Under the pieces are notes generated by a model that had not been told where the DNA came from, made no database searches, and was given only the letters and a program-made list of their open reading frames with translations. DNA of 64,000 nucleotides from Macrostomum lignano (lineage: Eukaryota). How positions within the stretch are numbered: the first letter of the stretch is position 1; the number at the start of each line of letters is the position of its first letter. Both the position numbers and the translations under genes were made by a program. Location of the stretch: the NCBI GenBank assembly GCA_002269645.1, contig NIVC01000045.1, positions 484,892-548,891 of the forward strand. Direction: 5' to 3'. This document shows, in pieces, positions 41,080 to 54,367 of the stretch.

Positions 41080-41560
41080 GAAGAGTCAGTGTTCTCAATC
41101 CCACACTTAGCTGTTAATGGAGAGTCAGTGTTCTCAATCCCACACTTAGCTGTTAATGGAGAGTCAGTGTTCTCAATCCCACACTTAGCTGTTAATGGAG
41201 AGTCAGTGTTCTCAATCCCACACTCATCTGTTGATGAGGAGTCAGTGTTCTCAATCCCACGCCTGTTGATGGGGAGTCAGTGTTCTCAATCCCACGCCTG
41301 TTGATGGGGAGTCAGTGTTCTCAATCCCACACCTGTTGATGGGGAGTCAGTGTTCTCAATCCCACGCCTGTTGATGGGGAGTCAGTGTTCTCAATCCCAC
41401 ACCTGTTGATGGGGAGTCAGTGTTCTCAATCCCACACCTGTTGATGGGGAGTCAGTGTTCTCAATCCCACACCTGTTGATGGGGAGTCAGTGTTCTCAAT
41501 CCCACACCTGTTGATGGGGAGTCAGTGTTCTCAATCCCACACCTGTTGATGGGGAGTCAA
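41080..41560. repeat. 35-39 bp minisatellite (gagtcagtgttctcaatcccacac..gatggg) just 3' of the nuclear receptor stop
   Basis: 39-bp units grading into 35-bp units. Confidence 0.95.
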
Positions 41561-42029
41561 TGTTTTCACATGTCGTTGAGTACTTTTGTCAAAAGTGATT
41601 CAAGGACTACTAGTTTCAGTAAGCTAGTAGTCCTTGAAGTCATCCTTACACTAATTTTGACAGTCAGTGTTATGGGCTTCACGCAGTCAGTACATTACGG
41701 CACAACCTTCGTGATTCTGTATAAAAAATACTTCTCGTGATCCTGTGTTATTTTTGTTATTATTTGTTAAAATCGACACACTGTATGCAATTAGAATTAC
41801 CAGACTACTGTATGTTTATTCACTGTTTCGTCTGTGTACTTAAAGGTCTGTACCGTTTATTTGTAAAGTAAGCTTGCGTTATTTGTCCCCAAATGTTAGA
41901 GAAGTGCTGTAGAAAATAAAGCAAATATATACTGAAGCTGCTATTCATTTTGTGGCTCTGTCCGATGTTGCAATACGTCTTGCTTTGCTACAGACCTGCA
42001 CTCCTTATAATGCTGCACTCTCTATACAC

Positions 42030-42412
42030 TACTCTTTCTCCCCTCTACTCTCTCCTCTCCTCTTCTCTACTCTCTTTCTTCTCCTCTACTCTCTCTCCTC
42101 TACTCTCTTTTCTCTACTCTCCCTCTCTCCTCTACTCTCTCTCCTCTACTCTCTCTCTTCTCTACTATCTCTCTTCTACTCTACTCTCTCTCTCTACTCT
42201 TCTCTCTCTCTGCTTTACTCTCTCCTCTATTCTCTCCTCCACTGTCTCCTCCACTCTACTCTATTCTCTCTCCTTCCTCCACTCTCTAATCTACTCTCTC
42301 TCTCCTGAATTGTTGAGCCATCTCTTTCTCTCACTCTCCCCTCTTTTCTCGCTCCTCTTGATTCTCCCTTTTTATACTCCCTCTCTATCTCTTCATCCCT
42401 ATTTCGCTCTCT

Positions 42413-42484
<72 letters not shown>

Positions 42485-42500
42485 ACCTCCCTCCCTGTCT
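42030..42500. repeat. CT-rich low-complexity tract
   Basis: ctct/ctact runs. Confidence 0.9.
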
Positions 42501-43139
42501 AACTGCCTATCTATCAAAGTCAAAGCAAAAAGCAGTTATTCAAAAGCTTGTCTTCAATTAATTCTACAAGACAGCAATAAACAGCAATTTAAGCCCGTCT
42601 GCTTTGACGCCTGCAGGGATTTGGGGCGGAAATTAACGTGGATGATAATGCCCCTATTTTTTTACTCGCTCTTTCTCTCTCTTCCCCTCCAGCTGCCTCA
42701 AAGGACTCGGAAAAGCTAGCTGGATCATTCCGGAATGAAAGATGATGACTCCCGCTTCCTATCCAACCTGAGCCGACATGAAAAATGATATCCGTGCTGC
42801 TGATTAACAGGCATTTGAGCTTCATCGATTCTAGCTCAAGATGAGTTGAAATCAGATTTCGAATAGCTAAGCCCGATTCGGGGGATAAACTGCGGATTAA
42901 AAACAGAGACTGGGCGGTGGGGGGATTTTGCGAAGAAGAAGAAATTTCTGTAACCCGGCTGTCTGCTACAAGATGAGAGTGAAAATTAATTAACTGAATT
43001 GAACAAGAGTCACGCGCAGATTTGAGCTCATTCTAGCCGGTCTAATGAGCTGTTTGAGTTCGGTATGAGTTGCACTGTAACTTCAGCTGATTCTGTGAGC
43101 TGATGAGCATGAATTCTTTTCTACAGGTTGTCTAGACAG

Positions 43140-43530
43140 GTAGAGTAGATAAGTCGAGACTATGGCAGAAAAGTAGAGAAATGGGGTAGAGAAGTAGAGA
43201 AGTAGGGTATAGAAGTAGAGTAGAGAAGTAGAGAGTAGGGTAGAGAAGTATAGATTAGGGTAGAGAAGTAGAGACTAGGGTAGAGAAGTAGATGGTAGGG
43301 TAGAGAAGTAGAGAGTAGGGTAGAGAAGTAGAGACTAGGGTAGAGAAGTAGAGAGTAGGGTAGAGAAGTAGAGACTAGGGTAGAGAAGTAGATGGTAGGG
43401 TAGAGAAGTAGAGAGTAGGGTAGAGAAGTAGAGAGTAGGGTAGAGAAGTAGAGAGTACTGTAGAGAAGTAAAGAAGTAGAGTAGAAAAGTAGAGAATAGG
43501 ATAGAGGAGTAGAGAAGTAGGTTAGAGAAA
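43140..43530. repeat. 20-bp purine-rich minisatellite (agtagagagtagggtagaga)
   Basis: Tandem units. Confidence 0.9.
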
Positions 43531-43879
43531 AGATAGTAATGAGCGTGTGGTTGCGAAAGAAGCTCAATCTCATGGAAGAGAAGGAGCTAAAGTACATTTC
43601 AATCTTATCTAGACACGATGAATGAAAGATCAAAAGGCTACTCAAAGAAATTCACCGCATCAAGCTAGAGCTCAGTGATTACAGAATACAGAATAAGAGG
43701 GGACAGTTAAGAGCGAGTCAGCTTCTAATGACAGGAAGCTGGACCACGAGCTTAAAATTTGCTCTCGAAAATTTTCAGACATCAAAGGTACTTTATTGCT
43801 TAATATTTACTAGCATTCAAGTCCTAAACTTTTGAGTGTCTTCATGGGATCCGACTGATACGACTTTCCGTGTCTGATT

Positions 43880-45610
43880 TTATTTTCTCTGAGAATCTTT
43901 CTGAGATTTTCCCTGAAATTCTCTCTGGGTTTCTCCAGAGATTCGCTCTGATATTCTCTCTGAGATTCTTTCTGAGATTCTTTCTGGGATTCTCCGTGAG
44001 ATTATCCTGTGATTATTTCTGACATTCTCTCTGCGACTCTTTCTGAGATTCTCTTTGAGATTCTTTCTGAGATTCTCTGTGAAATTCTCTGTGAGATTCT
44101 TTGTGAGATTATTTGTGCGATTCTCTCTGATATTCTCTCTGAGATTCTCTCTAGAGATTCTCTGTGAGATTCCCTCCGAGATTTTCTGTGAGATTCTCAC
44201 TGAGATTCCCTGTGAGATTCTCTGTGAGATTATTTGTGACATTCTCTCTGCGACTCTTTCTGAGATTCTCTCGGAGATTCTCTCTGAGATTCTCTTTGTG
44301 ATTCTCTCTGAGATTCTCTCTGAGATTCTCCATGAGATTCTCTCTGAGATTCTTTCTGAGATTCTCTCTTAAGCTCACTGAGATTCTCTGTGGGTTTCTC
44401 GGATATTCTTTCTGAGATTCTCTCTGAGATTCTCTCGGAGATTCTCTCGGAGATTCTCTCTGAGATTCTTTCCGAGATTCTGTCTGAGATTCTCTTTGTG
44501 ATTCTCTCTGAGATTCTCTCTGAGATTCTCTTTGAGATTCTCTCTGAGATTCTCTCTGAGATTCTCTCCGAGATTCTTTCTCAGATTCTCTCTAAGATTC
44601 TCTGTGAGTTTCTCTGAGATTCTCTCTGAGATTCTCTGTGAGATCCTCTGAGATTCTCTTTGAGATTCTATCTGAGATTCTTTCTGAGATTCTCTCTGAG
44701 ATTCTTTCTGAGATTCTCTCGGAGATTCTCTCGGAGATTCTCTCTGAGATTCTTTCCGAGATTCTGTCTGAGATTCTCTTTGTGATTCTCTCTGAGATTC
44801 TCTCTGAGATTCTCTTTGAGATTCTCTCTGAGATTCTCTCTGAGATTCTCTCCGAGATTCTTTCTCAGATTCTCTCTAAGATTCTCTGTGAGTTTCTCTG
44901 AGATTCTCTCTGAGATTCTCTGTGAGATCCTCTGAGATTCTCTTTGAGATTCTATCTGAGATTCTTTCTGAGATTCTCTCTGAGATTCTTTCCGAGATTC
45001 TGTCTGAGATTCTCTTTGTGATTCTCTCTGAGATTCTCTCTGAGATTCTCTTTGAGATTCTCTCTGAGATTCTCTCTGAGATTCTCTCCGAGATTCTTTC
45101 TCAGATTCTCTCTAAGATTCTCTGTGAGTTTCTCTGAGATTCTCTCTGAGATTCTCTGTGAGATCCTCTGAGATTCTCTTTGAGATTCTATCTGAGATTC
45201 TTTCTGAGATTCTCTCTGAGATTCTTTCTGAGATTCTCCCGGAGATTCTCTGTGAGTTTCTCGGAGATTCTTTCGGAGATTCTCTCGGAGATTCTCTCGG
45301 AGATTCTTTCTGAGATTCTTTCTGAGATTCTTTCTGAGATTTTCTCTAAGATTCTCTCTGAGATTCTTTGTGAGTTTGAGATTCTCTCTAAGATTCTCTC
45401 TGAGATTCTCTGTGAGTTTGAGATTCTCTCTAAGATTATCTCTGAGATTCTCTGTGAGTTTGAGATTCTCTCTAAGATTCTCTCTGAGATTCTCTGTGAG
45501 TTTGAGATTCTCTCTAAGATTATCTCTGAGATTCTCTGTGAGTTTGAGATTCTCTCTAAGATTCTCTGTGAGATTCTCTGTGAGATTCTCTCAGATTCTC
45601 TCTGAGATTT
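43880..45610. repeat. 12-bp minisatellite (ctgagattctct) with ~280-bp higher-order blocks
   Basis: About 140 units; ORFs at 44638 and 44922 translate almost identically. Confidence 0.95.
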
Positions 45611-46114
45611 CTATCCCACCTTTGTCTAAGATTCAACCCCTCTGTAATCTCAACTTCTTTTGAGTCCTCCAAGTCAATTAAATAATCTGCAACCAGTTAC
45701 CCCACCTGCTCCCACCGCCTCCCATTCATTTCGTTGATTTAGCAGAAGAAAAAACTGATGAATCACTTAACAACTTTTCTAGCATTCGTTCTCTCTCCTA
45801 CTGAAGGAACGAGGGCTGGCAGGATTGATAATAATCAAGAATACAATTTGTACTCAAAAGCTGAAATCGCGTGCAGATGACAGCAGACTTAATTTCCTAT
45901 GACCTCGGGCAGGCAATTTTCCAACTGCAGCTGGTAGCCCAAAAGCTGCTGGGCTTTAATCGAAAAATTTCTCTGAATCGTCGGAGGCTTGAGTCCTATT
46001 GCAAGCAGACATTTCTGAAGCAGAAATCCTGATTCTCAGAAGCTCTTTCGCATTGGGGGACGTTGCTGAAACTGCATCGAATATTTAAGTCCTGAGGAAT
46101 GTTATCAATTAGTG

Positions 46115-46955
46115 ACTCATAGCTCATCTCAATCAGTGACTTTGTGTTCATCTCAATCAGTGACTCACGGGTCATCTCAATCAGTGACTCACAGGTCATC
46201 TCAATAAGTGATTCACATCTCATCTCAATCAGTGACTTTGCGTTCATCTCAATCAGTAACTCTGTGTTCATCTCAATCAGTGACTCACAAGTCATCTCAA
46301 TCAGTAACTCTGTGTTCATCTCAATCAGTGACTCACAAGTCATCTCAATCAGTAACTCTGTGTTCATCTCAATCAGTGACTCACGGGTCATCTCAATCAG
46401 TGACTCACAAGTCATCTCAATCAGTGACTCACAAGTCATCTCAATCAGTGACTCACAAGTCATCTCAATCAGTGACTTTGTGTTCATCTCAATCAGTGAC
46501 TCACGGGTCATCTCAATCAGTGACTCACAGGTCATCTCAATAAGTGATTCACATCTCATCTCAATCAGTGACTTTGCGTTCATCTCAATCAGTAACTCTG
46601 TGTTCATCTCAATCAGTGACTCACAAGTCATCTCAATCAGTAACTCTGTGTTCATCTCAATCAGTGACTCACAAGTCATCTCAATCAGTGACTCACAAGT
46701 CATCTCAATCAGTGAGTCACAACTCATCTCAATCAGTGAGTCACAACTCATCTCAATCAGTGACTCACAACTCATCTCAATCAGTGAGTCACAACTCATC
46801 TCAATCAGTGAGTCACAACTCATCTCAATCAGTGAGTCACAACTCATCTCAATCAGTGAGTCACAACTCATCTCAATCAGTGAGTCACAACTCATCTCAA
46901 TCAGTGAGTCACAACTCATCTCAATCAGTGACTCACAACTCATTCTAATCAGTGA
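46115..46955. repeat. 24-bp minisatellite (catctcaatcagtga[c/g]tcacaa[g/c]t)
   Basis: About 35 units, many containing TGACTCA/TGAGTCA. Confidence 0.95.
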
Positions 46956-47339
46956 CCTACAGTCTTCATACACAGTGCCTCATTAACGAATTTTGGTTGC
47001 AATGGAATAATGACCTTTTCTGTCCCAATAATTACAGCATGAGTTATAATCTCACAAAACCTCATTGTGATTGGCATCTGTAATTATGTCTTAAGACACA
47101 GCTCTGCTTCAAGAATGTTTTGCATATGATTATTAGTTTTCAGTAAGCGATTCGGTGTACTTATTGAAGAAATTGCAGGCATTCGCCTTGACAACAATGC
47201 AGAAAAAAACTTATGATTAATGGTCTGTATTTTCACTTTTAATCAGTCATAAAAGGTGAAAAATTAGTGTGGAAACTAAGCTTGCCCAGGTACATGTACA
47301 TGTAAGTTACATGTACCTTTTCTGCAAGACTCTCCCATT

Positions 47340-47905
47340 ATTTCTATTCCACACTGTCTCCTCTCCCTATCCCACACTCTCTCCTCTCCCTATCCCACAC
47401 TCTCTCCTCTCCCTATCCCACACTCTCTCCTCTCCCTATCCCACACTCTCTCCTTTCCCTATAACACACTCTCTCCTCTCTCTATCCCACACTCTCTCCT
47501 CTCTCTATTCCACACTCTCTCCTCTCCCTATCCCACACTCTCTCCTTTCCCTATCCCACACTCTCTCCTCTCCCTATTCCACACTCTCTCCTCTCCCTAT
47601 CCCACACTCTCTCCTCTCCCTATCCCACACTCTCTCCTCTCCCTATTCCACACTCTCTCCTTTCCCTATCCCACACTCTCTCCTCTCTCTATCCCACACT
47701 CTCTCCTCTCCCTATCCCACATTGTCTCCTTTCCCTATCCCACACTGTCTCCTCTCCCAATCCCACACTGTCTCCTTTCCCTATCCCACACTCTCTCCTC
47801 TCCCTATCCCACATTGTCTCCTCTCCCTATCCCACACTGTCTCCTCTCCCAATCCCACACTGTCTCCTCTCCCTATCCCACACTGTCTCCTTTCCATATC
47901 CCACA
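47340..47905. repeat. 23-bp minisatellite (ctatcccacactctctcctctcc)
   Basis: About 24 units. Confidence 0.95.
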
Positions 47906-48219
47906 CTATTACTTGATGACTCATACCAATGGAAATGTTGGAAAGCCATCGATTGCAGTGGGCCACCTTCGCTTTGACAACGGATTTGATTATTTTGCTA
48001 ATTACAATCAGTTTTTGTTTTAGCTTTCTTTGAAAATTGAATAACCATCCAGCTGAGGGCCACCTGGTTAGTGGCGATGAAAGGGGAAATGACCGGCTTT
48101 TGTAGGAAATTGGATTTTGATAATTTGCTAGAAAGCAGAAAACACAAAGGCAGCTTGCTTAAATTGAATGAAGTTTTCTTTAAATAGCTTTAAATAGCTT
48201 TATACTCTGACTAGCTGAT

Positions 48220-49370
48220 GCAGGAATAGAATGGATTGCTAATCTAGTTCTTTAAAATGAATGCAGGAATGGAATGGATTGCTAATCTATCTCTTCAATA
48301 TATGAATTTAGGAATAGAATGGATTGCTAATCTCTCTTCAATATGAATACAGGAATAGAATGGATTACTAATCTAGTTCTTTAATATGAATGCAGGAATG
48401 AAATGGATTGCTAATCCATCTCTTCAACATATTAATTTAGGAATAGAATGGATTGCTAATCTATCTCTTCAATATGAGTGCAGGAATAGAATGGATTGCT
48501 AATCTATCTCTTCAATATGAGTGCAGGAATAGAATGGATTGCTAATCTATCTCTTCAATGTGAATGCAGGAATAGAATGAATTGCTAATCTATCTCTTCA
48601 ATATGAATGCAGGAATAGAATGAATTGCTAATCTATCTCTTCAATATGAATGCAGGAATAGAATGGATTGCTAATCTCTGTTCAATATGAATGCAGGAAT
48701 AGAATGGATTGCTAATCTATCTCTTCAATGTGAATGCAGGAATAGAATGAATTGCTAATCTATCTCTTCAATATGAATGCAGGAATAGAATGAATTGCTA
48801 ATCTATCTCTTCAATATGAATGCAGGAATAGAATGGATTGCTAATCTCTGTTCAATATGAATGCAGGAATAGAATGGATTGCTAATCTCTGTTCAATATG
48901 AATGCAGGAATAGAATGGATTGCTAATCTATCTCTTCAATATGAGTGCAGGAATAGAATGGATTGCTAATCTATCTCTTCAATATGAGTGCAGGAATAGA
49001 ATGGATTGCTAATCTATCTCTTCAATATGAGTGCAGGAATAGAATGGATTGCTAATCTATCTCTTCAATATGAGTGCAGGAATAGAATGGATTGCTAATC
49101 TATCTCTTCAATATGAATGCAGGAATAGAATGGATTGCTAATCTATCTCTTCAATGTGAATGCAGGAATATAACGGATTGCTAATCTATCTCTTCAATAT
49201 GAGTGCAGGAATAGAATGGATTGCTAATCTATCTCTTCAATGTGAATGCAGGAATATAACGGATTGCTAATCTATCTCTTCAATATGAATGCAGAAATAG
49301 AATGGATTGCTAATCTATCTCTTCAATGTGAATGCAGGAATAGAATGGATTGCTAATCTATCTCTTCAAT
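48220..49370. repeat. 43-bp minisatellite (gcaggaatagaatggattgctaatctatctcttcaatatgaat)
   Basis: About 26 units; shares a 24-bp core with the 33-bp array at 39252. Confidence 0.95.
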
Positions 49371-50044
49371 CTGCATGAAAGAATATACTGTATTGCTTAT
49401 GAGTTTTAGTGCAGCACTTATATTTTTGAGTTTTTTATAGAAAGAGACAGAGAGAGATCTGCAGATGCCGATTATATTGTTGCCACCCACTGGACTGTAA
49501 CTGGCATTCATAACCATATTTTTATCTTTTTTTCAATTGCTTTTTTTCGCTACATAAAGCGGTTTTTAATGCCAATATTTGCGAATATTTCTCCTTTGTA
49601 ACCACGCAGGGAAATCATCAATAAGAGCTCACGAGATCTGTTTGATCGACAAAGCTGATCCGCAATCTGTATCAAAAGCTATCGACAGACTCCTCGTACA
49701 GACCCCCTTTCGTGTTTCGTTTTTGTTCATTTTTATCAGATGTAGCAGCAGCTTCCACTGATCCCAGCCTCTAGCTTTGATGCTTTTTTCGTACCGAATT
49801 TAAATTTTAATTCAGTTTTTGTTTGTCAAATTTTCCTAAAAATTAACAAATATGTTCTGAACACTCTACTGACTTAAGTAGAAAGGCCTGAATTTTTATT
49901 ATCAATTAAAAGAATTTTAATAAATGAAAGTCATTTTTGGAATTATACAACATCGTGATAGTGACTTTTCATTCTTACTGGATAACTTTTTTGACTAGAG
50001 AGAAAGTTCACTCTACTCACTCACTTGATGACTCATTCATTCTC

Positions 50045-51912
50045 TCAGTCAGTCAGTCAGTCAGTCAGTCAGTCAGTCAGTCAGTCAGTCAGTCAGTCAG
50101 TCAGTCAGTCAGTCAGTCAGTCAGTCAGTCAGTCAGTCAGTCAGTCAGTCAGTCAGTCAGTCAGTCAGTCAGTCACCGACTCACTCAAGTCAGTCAGTCA
50201 GTCAGTCAGTCAGTCAGTCAGTCAGTCAGTCAGTCAGTCAGTCAGTCAGTCAGTCAGTCAGTCAGTCAGTCAGTCAGTCAGTCAGTCAGTCAGTCAGTCA
50301 GTCAGTCAGTCAGTCAGTCAGTCAGTCAGTCAGTCAGTCAGTCAGTCAGTCAGTCAGTCAGTCAGTCAGTCAGTCAGTCAGTCAGTCAGTCAGTCAGTCA
50401 GTCAGTCAGTCAGTCAGTCAGTCAGTCAGTCAGTCAGTCAGTCAGTCAGTCAGTCAGTCAGTCAGTCAGTCAGTCAGTCAGTCAGTCAGTCAGTCAGTCA
50501 GTCAGTCAGTCAGTCAGTCAGTCAGTCAGTCAGTCAGTCAGTCAGTCAGTCAGTCAGTCAGTCAGTCAGTCAGTCAGTCAGTCAGTCAGTCAGTCAGTCA
50601 GTCAGTCAGTCAGTCAGTCAGTCAGTCAGTCAGTCAGTCAGTCAGTCAGTCAGTCAGTCAGTCAGTCAGTCAGTCACCGACTCACTCAAGTCAGTCAGTC
50701 AGTCAGTCAGTCAGTCAGTCAGTCAGTCAGTCAGTCAGTCAGTCAGTCAGTCAGTCAGTCAGTCAGTCAGTCAGTCAGTCAGTCAGTCAGTCAGTCAGTC
50801 AGTCAGTCAGTCAGTCAGTCAGTCAGTCAGTCAGTCAGTCAGTCAGTCAGTCAGTCAGTCAGTCAGTCAGTCAGTCAGTCAGTCAGTCAGTCAGTCAGTC
50901 AGTCAGTCAGTCAGTCAGTCAGTCAGTCAGTCAGTCAGTCAGTCAGTCAGTCAGTCAGTCAGTCAGTCAGTCAGTCAGTCAGTCAGTCAGTCAGTCAGTC
51001 AGTCAGTCAGTCAGTCAGTCAGTCAGTCAGTCAGTCAGTCAGTCAGTCAGTCAGTCAGTCAGTCAGTCAGTCAGTCAGTCAGTCAGTCAGTCAGTCAGTC
51101 AGTCAGTCAGTCAGTCAGTCAGTCAGTCAGTCAGTCAGTCAGTCAGTCAGTCAGTCAGTCAGTCAGTCAGTCAGTCAGTCAGTCAGTCAGTTAGTCAGTC
51201 AGTCAGTCAGTCAGTCAGTCAGTCAGTCAGTCAGTCAGTCAGTCAGTCAGTCAGTCAGTCAGTCAGTCAGTCAGTCAGTCAGTCAGTCAGTCAGTCAGGC
51301 AGTCAGTCACTCAGTCAGTCAGTCAGTCAGTCAGTCAGTCAGTCAGTCAGTCAGTCAGTCAGTCAGTCAGTCAGTCAGTCAGTCAGTCAGTCAGTCAGTC
51401 AGTCAGTCAGTCAGTCAGTCAGTCAGTCAGTCAGTCAGTCAGTCAGTCAGTCAGTCAGTCAGTCAGTCAGTCAGTCAGTCAGTCAGTCAGTCAGTCAGTC
51501 AGTCAGTCAGTCAGTCAGTCAGTCAGTCAGTCAGTCAGTCAGTCAGTCAGTCAGTCAGTCAGTCAGTCAGTCAGTCAGTCAGTCAGTCAGTCAGTCAGTC
51601 AGTCAGTCAGTCAGTCAGTCAGTCAGTCAGTCAGTCAGTCAGTCAGTCAGTCAGTCAGTCAGTCAGTCAGTCAGTCAGTCAGTCAGTCAGTCAGTCAGTC
51701 AGTCAGTCAGTCAGTCAGTCAGTCAGTCAGTCAGTCAGTCAGTCAGTCAGTCAGTCAGTCAGTCAGTCAGTCAGTCAGGCAGTCAGTCACTCAGTCAGTC
51801 AGTCAGTCAGTCAGTCAGTCAGTCAGTCAGTCAGTCAGTCAGTCAGTCAGTCAGTCAGTCAGTCAGTCAGTCAGTCAGTCAGTCAGTCAGTCAGTCAGTC
51901 AGTCAGTCAGTC
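50045..51912. repeat. (AGTC)n microsatellite, about 1.9 kb
   Basis: Near-pure run with paired interruptions at ~50175/50675 and ~51298/51778. Confidence 0.98.
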
Positions 51913-52454
51913 AATCGCAGGTTGATCTCAAAGTGAGCTGTCTCACTGTCAGTCTGAGTCGCTGCTCAAGCCGCCGATTCTCAGACGTGTCGGTGGCTGT
52001 TGATAAAGCACTGTTGGAGGCTGGCTCAACTGACATGGCAGCTGGCGGTTCAACCCTCCTGCTGAGCTCCATGCGGACTTCCATGGACGAGTCGGCATCC
52101 AGTCTGACCCAGTCGCGAACCGACAGAGTCTGCTGCAGTGCCGGGGGCGGCGGAGGCGTCGATGGTGGCGGAGGCTGCTGAGACTGATGAGGCTGTGGCG
52201 GTGGTGTCGGTGGAGGCTGAGCAACATCCGGCAGCTTGTCAACTCGTTGACGTTTCGGTGGAATCGGCAAACTGGTGGATAGAATTGGCAGCAGAATGTC
52301 CCGGCTGTTCACTCGGACAGTGGCCAAACTGGACGAGTGACGAGTGACTTTGCGCTGCTGTCCGTAGCTGAGGGTCGGCTGCATGGTGAGCAGCCTTTCT
52401 GAGCTGGGAGGCAGTTCTGAGTGCGCTGTGCTGACATGCGCAGTGTTTAAACTG
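51911..52454 (-). CDS. Probable terminal host exon (Pro/Gln/Ser-rich, PPKRQRV basic motif); gene unidentified
   Basis: GC-rich open frame with host-like codon usage. A possible acceptor (aatcag) lies near 52455; the stop falls at the edge of the AGTC array. Confidence 0.4.
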
Positions 52455-52714
52455 ATTCGTTGATAAATAATTCATGAATTTTGAGAAGCCAGTGGCTCAC
52501 TGAACCGATAAACAATCTCTGCTGTCTTAACAGGGTTCAAAGTTCCGCCCTATTTTGAGTCTACTAGGCAGTTAAAAGTAAAACTTCTTTTTATTTTAAC
52601 TTGCTCCACTATATAGGTAAATTTAGGTATGCTGGGATTTTGATTAAGTTAAGCTGGATAGAAAAATGCCTTGAAGCATTCTGGCACTTTAAATTTACAT
52701 TGGTCTGTCCCGGT

Positions 52715-53860
52715 ATCTGTATTAGTGTCTGTATTAGTGTCTGTATTAGTGTCTGTCTCAGTGTCTGTCTCAGTGTCTGTATTAGTGCCTGTAATAGTGC
52801 CTGTATTAGTGCCTGTATTAGTGCCTGCATTAGTGCCTGTATTAGTGCCTGTATTAGTGCCTGCATTAGTGCCTGTATTAGTGCCTGTATTAGTGCCTGT
52901 ATTAGTGTCTGTATCAGTGCCTGTATTAGTGCCTGATTTAGTGCCTGATTTAGTGCCTGTATTAGTGCCTGTACTAGTGCCTGTATTAGTGCCTGTATTA
53001 GTGCCTGTATTAGTGCCTGTATTAGTGCCTGTATTAGTGCCTGTATTAGTGCCTGTATTAGTGCCTGTATTAGTGCCTGTATTAGTGCCTGTATTAGTGC
53101 CTGTATTAGTGCCTGTATTAGTGCCTGTATTAGTGCCTGTATTAGTGCCTGTACTAGTGCCTGTATTAGTGCCTGTATTAGTGCCTGTACTAGTGCCTGT
53201 ATTAGTTCCTGTATTAGTGCCTGTACTAGTGCCTGTATTAGTGCCTGTATTAGTGCCTGTATTAGTGCCTGTATTAGTGCCTGAATTAGTGTCTGAATTA
53301 GTGCCTGTATTAGTGCCTGTATTAGTGCCTGAATTAGTGTCTGAATTAGTGCCTGTATTAGTGCCTGTATTAGTGCCTGTATTAGTGCCTGTATTAGTGC
53401 CTGATTAGTGCCTGTAATAGTGCCTGATTAGTGCCTGTATTAGTGCCTGTATTAATGCCTGTATTAGTGCCTGTATTAGTGCCTGATTAGTGCCTGTATT
53501 AGTGCCTGAATTAGTGCCTGTATTAGTGCTTGAATTAGTGTCTGTATTAGTGCCTGTATTAGTGCCTGATTAGTGCCTGTATTAGTGCCTGAATTAGTGC
53601 CTGTATTAGTGCCTGATTAGTGCCTGTATTAGTGCCTGTATTAGTGCCTGTATTAGTGCCTGTATTAGTGCCTGTATTAGTGCCTGAATTAGTGCCTGTA
53701 TTAGTGCCTGTATTAGTGCCTGTATTAGTGCCTGTATTAGTGCCTGTATTAGTGTCTGTATTAGTGCCTGTATTAGTGTCTGTATTATTGCCTGTATTAG
53801 TGCCTGAATTAGTGCCTGATTAGTGCCTGTATTAGTGCCTGATTAGTGCCTGTAATAGTG
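52715..53860. repeat. 12-bp minisatellite (attagtgcctgt)
   Basis: About 95 units. Confidence 0.95.
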
Positions 53861-54134
53861 CCCACTTCAGATACTCACTGCATCCCCACTGCTCGGTCCC
53901 GGACTCGAACCCTTGAGTTCTTTTATTTCTGTAATTTACTTTATATTTTAAGGTTGTCTTACTTAATCAACCTGGCAGCTGAAACGCACGCTCATCTCCA
54001 TCAAGTGAATTTTATGAGGCAAATCTGCAAAGCAAGGCTGGCATTTCAAGGTCATTCAAGCCACCCTAGCAGAGCACCAGAGCTGGCACTGAGAGCGAGT
54101 GGCAGGCTGTTGTGTGCGTACGCGAATTGTCAGG

Positions 54135-54367
54135 AGCTGTCAGGCTGTCAGTCACTGAATGTTCATGAGGGAGCTGTCAGGCTGTCAGTCACTGAATGTT
54201 CATGAGGGAGCTGTCAGGCTGTCAGTCACTGAATGTTCATGAGGGAGCTGTCAGGCTGTCAGTCACTGAATGTTCATGAGGGAGCTGTCAGGCTGTCAGT
54301 CACTGAATGTTCATGAGGGAGCTGTCAGGCTGTCAGTCACTGAATGTTCATGAGGGAGCTGTCAGGC
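54135..54367. repeat. 37-bp minisatellite (gctgtcaggctgtcagtcactgaatgttcatgaggga)
   Basis: Six near-identical units. Confidence 0.95.

Noticed and set aside
49937-51925. 662-aa SQSV ORF
   Set aside because: It is the (AGTC)n microsatellite.
53891-53912. tRNA B-box-like GGGTTCGAGTCC on the minus strand
   Set aside because: The T-stem does not pair and there is no A-box or cloverleaf.
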